Shown here piece by piece: positions 61,090 through 64,000 of a DNA stretch of 64,000 nucleotides. Within the stretch, counting starts at the first letter, position 1, and every line of letters begins with the position of its first letter. The translations under genes and the position numbers were made by a program. This DNA comes from an uncultured Nitrososphaerota archaeon (GTDB lineage Archaea; Thermoproteota; Nitrososphaeria; Nitrososphaerales; Nitrosopumilaceae). Location of the stretch: NCBI GenBank assembly GCA_963701075.1, contig OY969559.1:1536001-1600000 (forward strand), read 5' to 3'. The notes beneath the pieces are model-generated. The model had not been told where the DNA came from, did not search any database, and saw only the letters and a list, made by a program, of their open reading frames with translations.

Positions 61090-61602
61090 CTAGAGATTCT
61101 TGTTACTTACATCCTTTATAGCTTGAATGATTTTCTCTTGACGTTTTGATTCTATCATTATTGTTTGACCGTTCTTGAATTCTAGTTTTATTCCACGTTT
61201 GCCTCCAAGAGAATATGCTTTTTTTGAAAGTGCATATCTTAGACCTAGTTTATTTTCTTCCTTCTCCCTTTGTTCATAAGACTCACAATTTTGGAGATCT
61301 GCAAGCGAGATCTTTTTGAACGAAGACTGGAATGGTATTACCCTTATGTACAAGCCATCATCACGTACTTGAATTCTGAGTTTGATTGTAAGCAATAGCA
61401 CTGGCAAGACAAACCCAATTGCCAAGAAAATAGACGATGCAATTGCTATTGCAGTTGTAGGAGCTCTATCTCCTGTCATCTCAAAGAGTGGCGGTAATGC
61501 AAAATAAACACTGCTAAAGGTGATACAAAGAACAACTAGCCATACCAAAGAGTGTGAAAAGGTTTGTGCCTCCCGGTACAAAACGTTCGTGGGACCTTCC
61601 AT
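61090..61602 (-). CDS. membrane protein with PH-like C-domain
   Basis: Y.E.Q.F, two TMs, AY...G..GI.L.F.NG. Confidence 0.7.
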   Translation of the reverse strand: MEGPTNVLYREAQTFSHSLVWLVVLCITFSSVYFALPPLFEMTGDRAPTTAIAIASSIFLAIGFVLPVLLLTIKLRIQVRDDGLYIRVIPFQSSFKKISLADLQNCESYEQREKEENKLGLRYALSKKAYSLGGKRGIKLEFKNGQTIMIESKRQEKIIQAIKDVSNKNL

Positions 61603-61875
61603 TTCATAACAGTTTGATTAGCCTGATTTATATCATAAACCAGAATCTCGAACTCAAATCAGAAAGATCATGTGGAAAACATTATCTACGCTGCATCTTT
61701 TGAAGTTTAGTTGTGATAGTAACTATTTTCATTATAATTTCGTCGTTACTACCTTTTCCTTCCAAGAACTTGCAGAGCCAAACGATTTCGTCATTTGTCA
61801 GTAAATTTTCCATAATTTTCTCTTTCCGGTGTACTATATAGTGTTGCTGTAGATATCAGATCTTTTGCCTTGAGC

Positions 61876-62805
61876 CTAGTATTTTGGCGCGAATCTGAGC
61901 CCTGTCTTTTTTGAGATGGCAATTATGGATACTACTGCAATTGCAAGTACCGCGACTGCGATTGGACCAAATTCTGGGATTACAAATGTACCGATTATTT
62001 CTATCTGTTGTGTTCCATTCTTGAATGGAATTGCAAGTGTTCTATCAGTGCTTGTGGTCATGGTCTCATTGGCTTGAGTATTTTCCTGACCATCGTTTAG
62101 TACTACGAATTTAGCAATGCTACCGTCTGAATTTGTTGCATCAATTAATGCTCTAGGCATTGTGATTGTCAACAAGCCATCGCCGGTGGTCTGAATTGAC
62201 ACTGTCAATGACTTGGATGCTGGGTCTGCCTTGATATCAGTAACTTTACCGTTTGTTATAGTGTAACTTATCGAATAACTTGTACCATCAACTGGAATAG
62301 TACTTGGGCCTGATGGGGTCGGAGAAGAACCTGAGAATTGGAATGTTGTTGTAGCAGTATCACTTGGAGAGCCATATTGGACAGATATAGTATATGTACC
62401 AGCAGATATCCATAAGGCCCCCGTAGCAACTGCGGAAGAAGAAAATGTTTTGTCTGATCCCACGGTGATTTGATCTACTTTGACTATGTTTCCAACGGGG
62501 TTTCTTAGAATAAGTGTAAGAGGTGTGTCACCAAGATAATTTGCCGTTGTGCCAGATATTTTTACCGTATCGCCGTCGTTATAGGATGGCTTGTCAGTAA
62601 CAACTGTTACTGCAGCTGTCGTTGACGAAGCTGTCATATTGGCAATCGTGTAAGCAGGACCTTGGTATTGTGACTGCCCCTGGCTTGACATGGTAGTATT
62701 AGTAGGTGTGAAAGTGTTATTCGCAGTCTGCGCAAATGCTGGAACTGCTACGGCAGAACCAAGTATGACTAGAAGCAGTAAAAGTCCATCAAGTCGAATA
62801 TTCAA
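61876..62805 (-). CDS. PEFG-CTERM surface protein
   Basis: Signal peptide, TDKPSY..GD.V.ISG, IEIIGTFVIPEFG+TM. Confidence 0.9.
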   Translation of the reverse strand: MNIRLDGLLLLLVILGSAVAVPAFAQTANNTFTPTNTTMSSQGQSQYQGPAYTIANMTASSTTAAVTVVTDKPSYNDGDTVKISGTTANYLGDTPLTLILRNPVGNIVKVDQITVGSDKTFSSSAVATGALWISAGTYTISVQYGSPSDTATTTFQFSGSSPTPSGPSTIPVDGTSYSISYTITNGKVTDIKADPASKSLTVSIQTTGDGLLTITMPRALIDATNSDGSIAKFVVLNDGQENTQANETMTTSTDRTLAIPFKNGTQQIEIIGTFVIPEFGPIAVAVLAIAVVSIIAISKKTGLRFAPKY

Positions 62806-63253
62806 TAATTGCGAATCAATTTACCGTTATATAAGCAATTGTAAAAAAACTTTTAATTTATGGATCAGATGTATTTGGCAAGATTTTACTAAAAATATTT
62901 GTTTTAACATTTGTCAAAATTGCTAGTGATTGTACTTGGCAGTTATTGATTGCTACAAATAACAAAAAGAGAATTTTTGGTTTTAGGTAAAATAACAAAT
63001 CTTAAAAACCATTATATCACATAAAAAGAAGAAAACCCTTAGTACCAAAGCATGTGCCTTGGCACTTTTGTGTCTGGAATTGGGTTTTCTTCAGTATTTT
63101 AAGCGCATTTCTGCTATTTAAAAAAAAGTTACAAATTTTCAGTCCCCATAGTTATTATCATGAAAATGAAATAAAGCGATATGAAATAGCCAGTATTTTC
63201 AAGATCTGCGGCTCATGTTTTAGAAATTACACTTGTTATCAAGTCAGACTTTC

Positions 63254-63550
63254 TTATGACTCGTCATCTTGTAGTATGAGCGAATCAACTTTTCTGTTTA
63301 ATTCATTCATTGCGTCAAGAGAGGATTCATGTTTATCATCAAAATCTGCTAGTTTTTTCAGTATTGCGTCATGGTTCTCCTCCAACTCTTCAATCCTGTG
63401 TAAAATATAGTCCTGCGAGTCAGAGGTCTTCTTTTGTCTGTTGTATATCCACCAACTTACTATGCCACCTATTATCGCGCCTGCGATTATTCCCACGTAT
63501 GTAGAGGCAGCATTACTCATGTCAATACAGTCTTGTGAAAGCTCTGGCAT
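63254..63550 (-). CDS. single-TM coiled-coil protein
   Basis: GIIAGAIIGGIVSWWIY then coiled coil; start uncertain. Confidence 0.7.
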   Translation of the reverse strand: MPELSQDCIDMSNAASTYVGIIAGAIIGGIVSWWIYNRQKKTSDSQDYILHRIEELEENHDAILKKLADFDDKHESSLDAMNELNRKVDSLILQDDES

Positions 63551-63723
63551 GCATCCCCAGATACTCAGTAAGATCAACATTTTACAATGATAAGATCATC
63601 GGTACATGTTTTCATACTTTCTATGAGTATCAATTAACGAGCTTGTAAAATTGATCAAATTCTTTTTTGAATTTCTACAAGTAGTTCTAGAAGATGCATA
63701 TCTTGAAAAGTAGATGGCAAAAC

Positions 63724-64000
63724 TTAATTTGGTTTCATCAAAATTTTACCAATAAAGGCGCCTTTTAGCATCTTGGTGTGCGCCTCCACCGCATTTTCGA
63801 AAGTATAGATTGAATCAATTATTGCTTTTATTTTCCCTTGCGACATCCAATATAGTCCGTCCTCGAGTTCCGCACGAGTTCCCTGCGTTGAACCCAAGAC
63901 GTTTATACCTTTGAAAAATATGTGCCTGAGATCAGTCTGTACATCATATCCAGTGGTGGCCCCTGTTGTAACTAGAGTTGCTCCATATTTTAGCAATGTC
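63724..64000 (-). CDS. Zn-dependent alcohol dehydrogenase/quinone reductase family, C-terminal part (runs off the window)
   Basis: LVT.GATTG, GSTQG, AH......F.GKI. Confidence 0.82.
   Translation of the reverse strand, partial: TLLKYGATLVTTGATTGYDVQTDLRHIFFKGINVLGSTQGTRAELEDGLYWMSQGKIKAIIDSIYTFENAVEAHTKMLKGAFIGKILMKPN

Overview
Low-GC archaeal DNA, almost certainly an ammonia-oxidising archaeon (Nitrososphaeria/Thaumarchaeota, Nitrosotalea-like). This rests on PEFG-CTERM surface proteins, IPSWxKNxAxWW repeats, stand-alone Lrp/AsnC and roadblock-like proteins, and class III phaEC. No rRNA, tRNA, CRISPR array or transposase was seen. Main content: (1) A ~17-kb copper island (7.7-25.2 kb) with a TRASH-CopA ATPase and a CopC-CopD-propeller fusion. 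It also holds two Cys-rich metallothionein-like mini-genes missing from the ORF track, a heptad His-zipper protein, several Met-rich and His1 secreted proteins, two copies of a candidate structured ncRNA, and two distinct operator motifs (TGTACCA-N5-TATA and ATTWTCA-N4-TGATAAT). (2) A PHA cluster (patatin, hydrolases, phaE, phaC, phasin, AbrB-type regulator) whose central 3.08 kb is cleanly inverted at a 5-bp ATCTG/CAGAT junction, splitting two genes. (3) An accessory proteasome beta/alpha pair and an ETF/FixABC-X operon. Nearly all apparent frameshifts sit at AGCT, which points to methylation-linked base-calling errors rather than true pseudogenes. All calls are from reading the sequence; no database search was run.
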